In this document: positions 8,940 to 18,365 of the stretch, one piece after another | Layout: each line of letters begins with the position of its first letter | Numbering within the stretch: the first letter of the stretch is position 1 | Source of the DNA: a virus | Length of the DNA: 64,000 bases | IMG/VR virus record: IMGVR_UViG_3300033802_000463 | Coordinates: 1-64,000 of that record | Direction: 5' to 3' (one strand) | Program-made: the position numbers and the translations under genes | The notes under the pieces: model-generated | The model's input: the letters and a program-made list of their open reading frames with translations, nothing else | Told to the model about the DNA's origin: nothing | The model's database searches: none

Positions 8940-9449
8940 TTACTGCACTCCTTCACGTTTTTTCTTTTCTTTTTCAGCACGTACTTCTTTTGCTTTGATT
9001 TCAGCTTCCACATGTTTAATGACTCGATCCGGAATCCACCGTTCCCATCCGGCCCGGTATGCATTGGCTGTCATGCTCTGCCAGTAATGATAAATAAGTC
9101 CACCGGTGATTCCAAGAAAGATAATGCCTGGCCCTGGCGTTTCCAGCCACACATCAAGCAAGTTTCCAAGCGCCGGGAAACAAAGAACATATATGGTTCG
9201 AAGTGTGGCGACGTTGATCCCATATTGAGAAGCATATGTTCCGTCTTTTCTTGAGGCCGCAATCCCGCTGATCCAATCCATAATGATGAGCATTAGCAGA
9301 ATTGCGATCGCAATTTTTCGATTTGGTTCAACTCCATAAACCGTACTTACAAATGTACCAAAGCATGCGCTGATCACGGCTGCGATGCTGTTATTCGATG
9401 TAAGTAAATTTGAAGGATTCAACGCCTCCAATGAAAATAGTTTGTTCAT
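8940..9449 (-). CDS. Phage holin family protein
   Basis: Three hydrophobic segments, MDWISGIAAS, SMTANAYRAGW, charged C-terminal tail. Confidence 0.75.
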   Translation of the reverse strand: MNKLFSLEALNPSNLLTSNNSIAAVISACFGTFVSTVYGVEPNRKIAIAILLMLIIMDWISGIAASRKDGTYASQYGINVATLRTIYVLCFPALGNLLDVWLETPGPGIIFLGITGGLIYHYWQSMTANAYRAGWERWIPDRVIKHVEAEIKAKEVRAEKEKKKREGVQ

Positions 9450-9465
9450 GGTTGTACACCCCAAT

Positions 9466-10698
9466 CTACCTTGAATAGTATAACTTAACAGCATGAAGGC
9501 AGGGGTTTACACCATTGTAGGGAATCAGTTTGGTTTTGACCCATAGCCTGGTTGATGATTGCCCTGACCACTCTGTGTTTCGGATTGGAATCAACATTCC
9601 GTCATTTGTTTCTTTCATGATTTCGTATTCCAGTACATTGCCTTCGAGATTGTAATCCAAATCAATACCGAATGCATGTCGGTTCAAAAAAATATGCTCG
9701 ACAGACTCGATATTGTACAAGCCTTCCATCTCAAAAGGCGTCAAGATAATACCACCTCCCGGCTCAAATAAGGAAAGAAAGACGCCGATTTCTTGTGCTC
9801 CCAAGATGAACACTTTCTTCCCATCTATATCAAGGGGATTCTTTTGGACCAACGTAATGCGGATCTTTTGTGCCGGCACACTACTGAATATCCAGCGCTT
9901 CCGCGGTGAATATTCATAGCTGCTGATAGCTGATAAATCTTGCTGCAGAAATCCGTCGATTTGCTTCCAGGCGTCATGATACTGGATCTCGACATTCTTG
10001 ATTTGCACGCCTCTCTCCGGATGCGGATGAATCGTGATCTCGTTGATATTCAGATTATTGACGAGATGATTAGGCAGGGTCAGCTCGATCATCACGTCTT
10101 CTTCATCCGGACAATCCGCAAAATCGTAGGTGACCGTTCTCTGCCAATACGATTGGTTATCCCCGTTGAAGCAGTTCAGAACGTTATTATCGACAACTGT
10201 CCCTTTTGTGTTCGTCCGGCCGATTTTGATTTGAAGTTCGCTCGGGATCACGGCCTTGCCGGTTCTTTCATGAATGGTGTGTGTTTTTGGAATCCGATGA
10301 ATGAGCGGCACCGTTGCGCAGCGATTTTGCAGATCAATGTCGCATCGAAGCGAGGTGTCGCCATTTTCTTGAGAGATGTTCGGATATACCGTAGTCATAT
10401 CATGAATGAACCCTGTCTTGAAGAAAATCGGGTCATATGGCGCCGAAGCTTCCATGTTGTGCATCTTGATTTCCAAGTCATTCAAGCGCCGCTCCAGCAT
10501 CATCACATAATTGTGAAGCGCAGTGTTCTCAGCCAGCACAATTTGATGCGCTTCCGTCAAGCTCTGAAGGTTTTGGTTGCTTTGACGATAGAGCTCAACC
10601 ATCTCTAGATATTTGTCGTCTTCATTGCGATTGTAAGCTTCCGATGAAGTGGGGCCGCGAAATCTGGCCCCTCCCCCTTTACTCGTAGGCATTCTCAT
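9466..10698 (-). CDS. Putative virion structural protein (paralogue family with a discoidin-like domain)
   Basis: RFRGPTSSEAYN N-terminus, coiled coil, NCFNGDNQSYW jelly-roll-like motif. Confidence 0.65.
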   Translation of the reverse strand: MRMPTSKGGGARFRGPTSSEAYNRNEDDKYLEMVELYRQSNQNLQSLTEAHQIVLAENTALHNYVMMLERRLNDLEIKMHNMEASAPYDPIFFKTGFIHDMTTVYPNISQENGDTSLRCDIDLQNRCATVPLIHRIPKTHTIHERTGKAVIPSELQIKIGRTNTKGTVVDNNVLNCFNGDNQSYWQRTVTYDFADCPDEEDVMIELTLPNHLVNNLNINEITIHPHPERGVQIKNVEIQYHDAWKQIDGFLQQDLSAISSYEYSPRKRWIFSSVPAQKIRITLVQKNPLDIDGKKVFILGAQEIGVFLSLFEPGGGIILTPFEMEGLYNIESVEHIFLNRHAFGIDLDYNLEGNVLEYEIMKETNDGMLIPIRNTEWSGQSSTRLWVKTKLIPYNGVNPCLHAVKLYYSR

Positions 10699-12625
10699 GA
10701 CGGCGATACCTCCTTTCCAACTCCCCGAGACGCTCATCCATCTGCTGCATGCGGGCTTTCAGATCATAAGTCCCGATCATCTTTTGCTCTTCGACGCTAA
10801 TCGTGACGGTATATGAAACAGTTAAAGAACCGTTTTGTAATGCTTTACTATTAATGATCAAATACCCGTTGTCGATATGGTATTGATTTGGAGCAATGTC
10901 GGCTCCATTTAATTGTACCACAACCCCTGCATACTGGCTTGCAGGCGTACCCGGATTGAGCGGATAAGCGGTTTGATCTATATTGGCTGTAAAAGTTTTT
11001 GTTTGAGCAAGCGTAATATTTTCAACAGGAGCTTCGTTTTCCCCTAAAAACCACGATTTTGTTAATGTATCCTGTAAATCGGTAAGTGATTTGATATCGA
11101 CATACAGCTGGCGAATATCGAAGATTTGCTCCTGGTGATCGCTGAGCACCTTCTCCGATTCCCGGTGGCCGCGATATCGAGCGTTGCGCTTCATAATATT
11201 CGGATACTTATGAACGTCCCGCTTCGGATTGTAAATTTCAAGCGGGTACTCTGCTCTCGCTTGGCCGAACCACTTCAGTTGATAAAATTGAATATTGGTT
11301 TGACCTTCATCGTCCTGTACGAAACATTTGATGACGATCGTATATTTGCTTGTTTCTTGGAAATCCTGAATGAGTCCGGTTAACACATAGTCGGCACCCG
11401 GAACTCGCGTCAAATTTCCAATATGTTGTGTCGTACCGTCGGTAAACTTGAAACTCTCTTTCCCGACTTCTACAGTGAAGCTTTCATTGAGCCAGGTTGA
11501 TTCGCCGCTGTTGCGGAAACGCAGCTTGATATTGTCTTTGTTGACTGTATGATCATTGAGCGTAACGGTTGGATCCACCGGAATAAGATTACCGTCGATA
11601 TCCAGAAACAGTGATTGTCCGATCTCTTTTTTGGGTGGATCCACGACAGTAATGACGATCGAATCGTAGGCTTCAAGACCATCCTCATTTCTTGCCCCAA
11701 ATCGGATTTCATATGTGCCGATGCGATTGAATGTCAAAATGGCATTCGTGCCGGCCTGGGATTGGATATCCACGCCGCTTGGAATAACCCAGTTCTGCGC
11801 AATGATTGTTCCTTCTGATTCCACAACCGCGTGCAGCTGAAGACTGTTTCCTTTGGCAATCTGTTGGTTGTCTTCCAGAATCGCAACAGCGATGCCATAC
11901 AGATCCCGAACAATGACCGTGGCGGTGTCTTCACCGGTTTGATCATCCCCGTTTTTGGCCCATAGTTTAATGGTGTACTCACCCGGGACCGGGAATTGAA
12001 GAACCGCTTGAGACTGACTGATCGATTTCTGAATAATAGAGGCATCCATCTGCCATTCGGCCGCGACGATCGGCGCCTCTGACGTGATTTCGCCATGCAG
12101 GGTTGTGGTATCATCTTTTTTCAATCGGATGATGTCCTCGACGATATTGACCGTAATCGGCTCCGGATCGGGCGGAGGTGGCGGCGGCTCCGGTGCCACA
12201 TAATCCTCTATTCGGTACTCGGCATAGTCTGATGCCGTTGCATAACCAATATAAGGCTTTCGGTAACGCGGGTCATTTTTGGCTTCTTCATAGGTTTTTC
12301 CTTCTACCCAATTGCCGATCGCCACATCCAGGTTGGATGCGTTTGGTCCTTCATGCACAATTTCCTTAACCCATGATTTGACCCCATCGCTCCACACATA
12401 ACAGATACCCAAGATACTTCCGAATTTGGATCCGGGAGCTGTTGGAGGGGGAGCGAAGTTAACCATCCGGACCGTTAAATTGTCTGCAGTTTTAATCTGT
12501 GGGATGATCGTCGATCCGTTTGCAGCTGTGATCCCGGTGCTCCCCTGGAAGCTGGAGAACGGCACTTCCCGGGGAAAATTATTTGCATCATCCAAATAGA
12601 TTAAGACTTTTTGAATGGTTGGCAT
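10679..12625 (-). CDS. Putative virion protein with two PKD/Ig-like repeats and a proline linker
   Basis: F..PGEYTIKL..KN.D.Q.G.D and F..IGTYEIRF..RN.DG...YD repeats; PEPPPPPPDPEP. Confidence 0.7.
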   Translation of the reverse strand: MPTIQKVLIYLDDANNFPREVPFSSFQGSTGITAANGSTIIPQIKTADNLTVRMVNFAPPPTAPGSKFGSILGICYVWSDGVKSWVKEIVHEGPNASNLDVAIGNWVEGKTYEEAKNDPRYRKPYIGYATASDYAEYRIEDYVAPEPPPPPPDPEPITVNIVEDIIRLKKDDTTTLHGEITSEAPIVAAEWQMDASIIQKSISQSQAVLQFPVPGEYTIKLWAKNGDDQTGEDTATVIVRDLYGIAVAILEDNQQIAKGNSLQLHAVVESEGTIIAQNWVIPSGVDIQSQAGTNAILTFNRIGTYEIRFGARNEDGLEAYDSIVITVVDPPKKEIGQSLFLDIDGNLIPVDPTVTLNDHTVNKDNIKLRFRNSGESTWLNESFTVEVGKESFKFTDGTTQHIGNLTRVPGADYVLTGLIQDFQETSKYTIVIKCFVQDDEGQTNIQFYQLKWFGQARAEYPLEIYNPKRDVHKYPNIMKRNARYRGHRESEKVLSDHQEQIFDIRQLYVDIKSLTDLQDTLTKSWFLGENEAPVENITLAQTKTFTANIDQTAYPLNPGTPASQYAGVVVQLNGADIAPNQYHIDNGYLIINSKALQNGSLTVSYTVTISVEEQKMIGTYDLKARMQQMDERLGELERRYRRHENAYE

Positions 12626-12635
12626 GTCGATCTCC

Positions 12636-14699
12636 TCACTTTCCAATCAACTGCAGCGCGTAAATCTTTGGCGTCAAATGCGGTGTATCTTCACTTCTGG
12701 AGAAGACAGCTTTCAGTACGACTTGATTATGCGTGATCTCTTCGGCATCCACCTCATAGCTGAGCTGGAAGATGCAGTTGACTGGCCGGTAATTGAGTAC
12801 AACCTGGTTTTCGCTGATTGCAAAATTATCATGATTGTTTGGCGAAACATTGTGGTACAGTGTATGCACATCCACATATTGCAGCGGTGCCAGATCCGCA
12901 CGAACCTTTTTCTCTTTAAGAAAATTGAATTTGCCGAGATATGTTTCCGTGGGCAGTTCTTCTTCCGTATAATCACGTCTTTGCTGCATGTCTCCCCAAT
13001 GATATAGGATTTGGATTTCATTCCATCCGACCTTGAGCGTCATCGTGACTTCCTCATTCGTTGGAACCATCCGCACCCCATTCACATATACGGAGAAAGT
13101 GCCGATTCGCTTGCGAACACCATTTACGGTTTGGATGACGGCAAGGCTGAGCGGCTCGACACGGGTTTCCTCCGAATAAAGGCATGTTGTAAACCGATAG
13201 AAGTTATCGCGCGGACCGCCCCCATCACGACGCAAGCTCAAGGTGTTGCCAATCGGCAGATAGTCTGTAATGATTTGATCCGGCCGGTTTACGAACTGTT
13301 CCTGCCAAGTGCTGTTCAACGGAATCGTGCCGTCAAATGGGATATAGGTGCGATCCCGTCGCCACTGATTAATTCCCCTCAGCAACTTTGGATTATGGAT
13401 CCGGTCGAAACTGTCCGGCAATGCTCCCTCTCCGGCATCATTGGTTAGCTTAAACACCTGCATGCCGTTAATGACTTGTAATGTCGGTTCACTTTTGCTG
13501 AACTCAACATATTTGGTTCCGCGAATATTGAAGTCAATGACTTTGGCATATTTCGGCGCACTGTCGTCTTGAGAGCTGATCGGATACCAGATCAGTTCTG
13601 AAAAATCTTGTCCTTCTTGGAGAAGGGCAACTGAATATTCGATGGATGTGTTATACGGAATGTCATGCTTTGCTTTTAGACTCAGCATATTTAGATTTTG
13701 ACTGAACGCGAATGGATTGGTGATCAATGTTCCTGTCGTCAGAAAGCTCTTATTGTAGAGCGAAATGTTCTTTGCGCCAAAGTAATAGTTATACGTGCCG
13801 GCCGAGTGATCGTCATGTTCCTTTTTCTCATACACAAATTTAACGGCCTTTACCTTCATTTTTGGAAAGCTCCATACTTCTGCATCAATGACTTTCTTTT
13901 GATTGTTTTTTCCCGGCAACGGCGTGAAGCTGAAGCCATCCAATGAAGTTTCGACATGAATCAGGATCGGCTTTCCATGATGAGAGACATATTCAATTTC
14001 ACTGATTTCAGTTTCCTCCGGAAGCCTGACAATCAGTTCGCCGCGGACAATTCCAGGCCCGTTGGTTTTGATCACCTGCCACCATGCCGAGTTCAAATTA
14101 TCATCAAACGCATTGTTGATGGATTCCAATGCTGCTGTCTTCACATTCGGCGTGAGCGGATTAAATTGCGCCATGGAACCGCTGAGCGGAACTTTTTGAC
14201 TTTCTCTCTTATTTTCGTTCAACGTAATAAGTTGATTTTTAACATCCACGAAAACAGACGACCGGGTTTTATCGACACGACTCATATCCTCAAATTGCTC
14301 CATGATCACTTCACCAGCGTTCGATGTAACCAGCATCAGCTGATCAATTTTTTTTGATATAGCCATCAAATCATGCCATAGCTTGTTGCGTTCGGTTTCG
14401 GCAAACTGAAAGTCGCTCATGACCCGCGCTGTTTGATTAATCGTGGCCTGATAAGCGTCACTGATATCTTCATGGATTCGCTTCACATCTTCGTTGTAGC
14501 GCTCAGCATCCGATTTTGACTTGCGCATGATACGCAAAGGTTGAAAGGAAGGGGCTCCGGGAGTATGCTCCCGAAGCCATTGGCTAAAGTGATACGTGAT
14601 CGTTTGAAGCGTCGGATACCGTCCATGGCGCAAATAGTATTTCACAATGCGCTCGATCGTGCGCGCGATTTGAGTTTGGCGTATGCTCACAGTCATCAC
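12636..14699 (-). CDS. Putative virion structural protein (paralogue family)
   Basis: SDAERYNEDV..I.EDI, NAFDDNLNSAW, C-terminal LKAVFSR...TPKIY. Confidence 0.7.
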   Translation of the reverse strand: MMTVSIRQTQIARTIERIVKYYLRHGRYPTLQTITYHFSQWLREHTPGAPSFQPLRIMRKSKSDAERYNEDVKRIHEDISDAYQATINQTARVMSDFQFAETERNKLWHDLMAISKKIDQLMLVTSNAGEVIMEQFEDMSRVDKTRSSVFVDVKNQLITLNENKRESQKVPLSGSMAQFNPLTPNVKTAALESINNAFDDNLNSAWWQVIKTNGPGIVRGELIVRLPEETEISEIEYVSHHGKPILIHVETSLDGFSFTPLPGKNNQKKVIDAEVWSFPKMKVKAVKFVYEKKEHDDHSAGTYNYYFGAKNISLYNKSFLTTGTLITNPFAFSQNLNMLSLKAKHDIPYNTSIEYSVALLQEGQDFSELIWYPISSQDDSAPKYAKVIDFNIRGTKYVEFSKSEPTLQVINGMQVFKLTNDAGEGALPDSFDRIHNPKLLRGINQWRRDRTYIPFDGTIPLNSTWQEQFVNRPDQIITDYLPIGNTLSLRRDGGGPRDNFYRFTTCLYSEETRVEPLSLAVIQTVNGVRKRIGTFSVYVNGVRMVPTNEEVTMTLKVGWNEIQILYHWGDMQQRRDYTEEELPTETYLGKFNFLKEKKVRADLAPLQYVDVHTLYHNVSPNNHDNFAISENQVVLNYRPVNCIFQLSYEVDAEEITHNQVVLKAVFSRSEDTPHLTPKIYALQLIGK

Positions 14700-14702
14700 C
14701 TC

Positions 14703-17700
14703 TTACAATGGGGTCGGCTCGGAACGTTGCAGTTTCTTCACAGTAATGTCCGAGATTTTGGTTTGCCCGGGATTTTTCAATGCAATATCGCATACGATCA
14801 TGCTCTGTTGGGTCCATGTGTTTTTATCAAGCACAATCGTTTGAAGGACTCTTCCAGTTGCAGCATCTACGATTTCTACCTGCGGGCTTCGATCCAAATC
14901 ATGAACCGGCACATAGGAATATCGATTGACTACCAGTGTCAATGTCCTTCCGGCAAACCCATCAACCGTTATGATTTCAACCTCATTCTCCCAAGCATCC
15001 AAGGCCAAATGTTGCGTGTAGTCAAAATTCAGATAGATACTATTGGATCCTTCAGAATAAACGCGATATTCTTGTGTGGCGCCCGGCAGCATAACCCTCG
15101 AAGAACCATAAAACAAGTGCTTGCTTGGATCATGATCCAGGTAGGCATGGAAATCCAAGTCACATGGAAGATCTGGCCGTCTCCCCCATCGCAATCGAAA
15201 CAGCATATCGTAACTGTTGACGATGGTCCCTTCATCCGGACTTCCGCCATCTGCCGGAGGATTTGGGTTACAGTCGATTACATTGATTGCGATGGTTCGG
15301 CTGACTGTTACACCGTTTGGCCCTGTGGCCGTAATAATCAGTTCTCCTGATTTCAACTCGCCTGCATCATCCGAGATATCTCCCGAAATATTTTCAAGCT
15401 GAGCTCCATAGTCGCCGTTAATGTCTACGTATTGGCCGCCTGTTCCATTTGAAAGCTGTCTGAGTTGCGATTCTTGCGGGAGTCCAATAGGGCCGATGAT
15501 TGAAATCTTTACCCCACGGCTGTTGCAGGCATTGACGACTTGACTTATCGAGTATGCGGATAGACCGGTTTCAGACGTGTGAACATCTGCATCCGTCAAC
15601 AGAATAATATATTTGGCTGCATTGCTTCGGAAATTAAAACTTAAAGCGCCGTTCGAAGGATCCATAATTGCTTCAAGCCCGGACTCGGGGACATCTCCGC
15701 CTCCGCTAACCGCGATCGACTGCAGCCGTTGCTTGAAAATGCTCTGATTATTTGTGTAGTCAAATTTCAGGGTGGGCGGCCCTACATGAATGTCCCCATA
15801 TTGCACCAAGCCAATCCGGTAATCAACGTTATCATTGGTCAGACGGGAGATAAACGTGTCGAGATTGTTGGCCACATTTGTAATATAAGAAGACATTGAC
15901 CCGGTATAGTCAATCACGAAAATGATATCCGCTTCGCCGCCTCCGGTCGATGGACTCCCCTCTTCCCCAAAAGCTGATGCGGGAATGGTGAAGGTGAAGT
16001 CTTTTCGGCTTGAACTTCCATTCGATCGGTATACTTCCTCGCCCCGATACGTTGCCCTCACTTCCGACACTTTGGGATATACTTTCGCAAAACCGGTAAT
16101 TGTCAGCGGATCACCGACGCAATGCGTGATCGAGGTCGGGTCTTCCGCCGGTTCGGTAACATGGATTTCTGGTGGCTTCACTCCGGTTTCCTCATCTGAG
16201 TTATGTTCTGGATCGACCGGACAAACTTGATTCGTAAACACCTCATAATGTTTGCTTACGATGAAGTCTCCATTGCCGCCGATACATGGTGCGTTTTCAT
16301 AATTACCGGATGACACCTCGCCGATCCACGGCAAGTCTCCAATTGCTTTTGGTCCGCCGATCATCCATTGCGTGTTCTTGGCGCCGACGGATTGGAAGTT
16401 GATATCGGTTGCCCATGCAGTTTGCACGTTATCATAGAAATCTTTGAAGATGACACCGACACCGGTTACTTGCAAATTGCTTTGCCCGCTTCCGCTTTTC
16501 ACCATGAGCGATACGCCTTTGAAATAATCCGACCAACCAGCCACGACCTCAACCGGCCCATTCTTTGTAGCGATTGTGATCTGCTGCGTAACAAGCCAAG
16601 ATAGCGGTACGATAACCGTTTCCAGGCTGTTCGTGACATCGCTGTAATATTGGAATGTCACCCTATCCAAAAGCAAACAATTTCGAACCGGATTGTTTTC
16701 CGGATCATAAGGATCAATCGGCGGTCTGGTTGGATCAATTGGCGGCTCTTGATCTTCTTCAGGCTTCAAGATGGTTTTATGAATTGGACATTGATTGATG
16801 TTCCAATGGCTCCCAAAAGAGAAGTTCACATAATCGTTTACGGAACCGATGCTGGGGCTTCTGGTATAATTGCCATTTTCAATAATCGGATCAACCCAAA
16901 TGCTTGTGTTTTTACCGTCTGCATCACCCAACATCAGCTCTGCATTTTTTACGCCTGCTGTCTTTTTGATAATCGAGGTGGCCCACACGGTTTTGTTGAC
17001 ATTGAACTCGTCAAGATAGTTGATGGCAATTGAGCTGAGCTGAAAACCGTAGCCGCTGGTATTGTTGCCGGTCTTATACCAAGCAATGATGCCGTTGTTT
17101 TCACCCCATCCAAACACGACTTTCGCTCCGTTGCCATTATCAACCTCATACGGCAGCCAATCGGAAGGAATGTCGAACTTTACAATCCGTTGCTCATTTG
17201 CATCGAAATATTCAATATGCAAAGAGTCGAACAAAAGACAATTGCGCACTTTATCTTCCGTCCCCGTTGGTTCCTTGATGACAATGACGAAACTATCCGA
17301 GTCTTGCCGCCCTTGATTATCAAAACCCTTGACTTCAACCGCAATCGTGTCGCCTATTTCATATCCGCTCGTCGGAATGCTGAAGCGAAACGCTTTTTCG
17401 TATCCCGTACCTGATACCGTTGAAGGCGGACTGTAGTCGGTAAGAACGATTTGCACACCATTCACAAAGAGAACCGCGCGCGTAATCGGATAGGCGCTTT
17501 CAACCGTGCCAAGCACGATCAGGTCTTCCCCAAAATCAACAGTGGTCGGTTTCGGACTGATGGTTACCTTGATCGGCTTGTCCGATGGGTTATCATCTCC
17601 ATCTCCCGGGTCACCCCCTCCAGGACTTCCATCGCCGGGATCACCACCACCGGGACCACCACTACCGGGATCGCCGCCGCCATTATCGGGATCCTTGGGA

Positions 17701-18365
17701 TCATGCCCACCATTGCAATCCTTGATATAGACATAATCGGTTGTCCGAGCCACTTTTCCATTTGCAGTTTCGGCCGTCACTTCGAGCTGAACCCACGTTC
17801 CCAATGTCACTCCGAGTTCATTCAGTCTATTCACTGTGATATTGTTTGTGTATTCCTTTTCCATGATATTTTCGGACTCATTGAACTCAAAGACATCCAA
17901 GAGGGTTTCTTCTATCGGATTTCTACCGTTTCTCACTTTTAGTTTGATGGTCATCCTGACAATTGGACTGACTGTTGATGTGGCTATTGCATGCACTGGG
18001 TAGTCCGTATTGATGCACCATCGATCTGGAAAGTCCTTGCGTTCCAGAATTTTTACCCGGAGCTTTCCATCATCGCTGGTTCCATCCGATGGATCATCCG
18101 GAGGATCATTGTCACCTGGATCTGGGCCTCCTCCGCCGGGATCAGAACCTCCACCATCTCCCGGTCCGCCCCCTCCCGGATCGTCACCATTTGGATCTGG
18201 CGGTGTTGGCGGAAAGTAAGGTGGATCGATATCGCTGCCATCCCCCGGTGATCCGGTCTCATCATCGATAGCGCGTCTCGATGAAGGTTCCATGTCCACG
18301 CCATCTTCTGTCACATACGCTTGAATATTGAATCGTTTCAGGATCGGTGTTGAAAATTGATTCAT
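14703..18365 (-). CDS. Large putative virion protein with a vWA (MIDAS) domain, D/P/G-rich linkers, Ig-like units and a duplicated Cys-bounded domain
   Basis: DIIFVIDYTGSM...GGGDVPESGLEA...IILLTDAD; GGGDPGDG repeats; VRNCLL...CP domain present twice. Confidence 0.8.
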   Translation of the reverse strand: MNQFSTPILKRFNIQAYVTEDGVDMEPSSRRAIDDETGSPGDGSDIDPPYFPPTPPDPNGDDPGGGGPGDGGGSDPGGGGPDPGDNDPPDDPSDGTSDDGKLRVKILERKDFPDRWCINTDYPVHAIATSTVSPIVRMTIKLKVRNGRNPIEETLLDVFEFNESENIMEKEYTNNITVNRLNELGVTLGTWVQLEVTAETANGKVARTTDYVYIKDCNGGHDPKDPDNGGGDPGSGGPGGGDPGDGSPGGGDPGDGDDNPSDKPIKVTISPKPTTVDFGEDLIVLGTVESAYPITRAVLFVNGVQIVLTDYSPPSTVSGTGYEKAFRFSIPTSGYEIGDTIAVEVKGFDNQGRQDSDSFVIVIKEPTGTEDKVRNCLLFDSLHIEYFDANEQRIVKFDIPSDWLPYEVDNGNGAKVVFGWGENNGIIAWYKTGNNTSGYGFQLSSIAINYLDEFNVNKTVWATSIIKKTAGVKNAELMLGDADGKNTSIWVDPIIENGNYTRSPSIGSVNDYVNFSFGSHWNINQCPIHKTILKPEEDQEPPIDPTRPPIDPYDPENNPVRNCLLLDRVTFQYYSDVTNSLETVIVPLSWLVTQQITIATKNGPVEVVAGWSDYFKGVSLMVKSGSGQSNLQVTGVGVIFKDFYDNVQTAWATDINFQSVGAKNTQWMIGGPKAIGDLPWIGEVSSGNYENAPCIGGNGDFIVSKHYEVFTNQVCPVDPEHNSDEETGVKPPEIHVTEPAEDPTSITHCVGDPLTITGFAKVYPKVSEVRATYRGEEVYRSNGSSSRKDFTFTIPASAFGEEGSPSTGGGEADIIFVIDYTGSMSSYITNVANNLDTFISRLTNDNVDYRIGLVQYGDIHVGPPTLKFDYTNNQSIFKQRLQSIAVSGGGDVPESGLEAIMDPSNGALSFNFRSNAAKYIILLTDADVHTSETGLSAYSISQVVNACNSRGVKISIIGPIGLPQESQLRQLSNGTGGQYVDINGDYGAQLENISGDISDDAGELKSGELIITATGPNGVTVSRTIAINVIDCNPNPPADGGSPDEGTIVNSYDMLFRLRWGRRPDLPCDLDFHAYLDHDPSKHLFYGSSRVMLPGATQEYRVYSEGSNSIYLNFDYTQHLALDAWENEVEIITVDGFAGRTLTLVVNRYSYVPVHDLDRSPQVEIVDAATGRVLQTIVLDKNTWTQQSMIVCDIALKNPGQTKISDITVKKLQRSEPTPL

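Noticed and set aside
17590-18260. GGATC/CC-rich repeats as a CRISPR or non-coding array
   Set aside because: These are coding low-complexity Gly/Asp/Pro tracts without a repeat-spacer structure.
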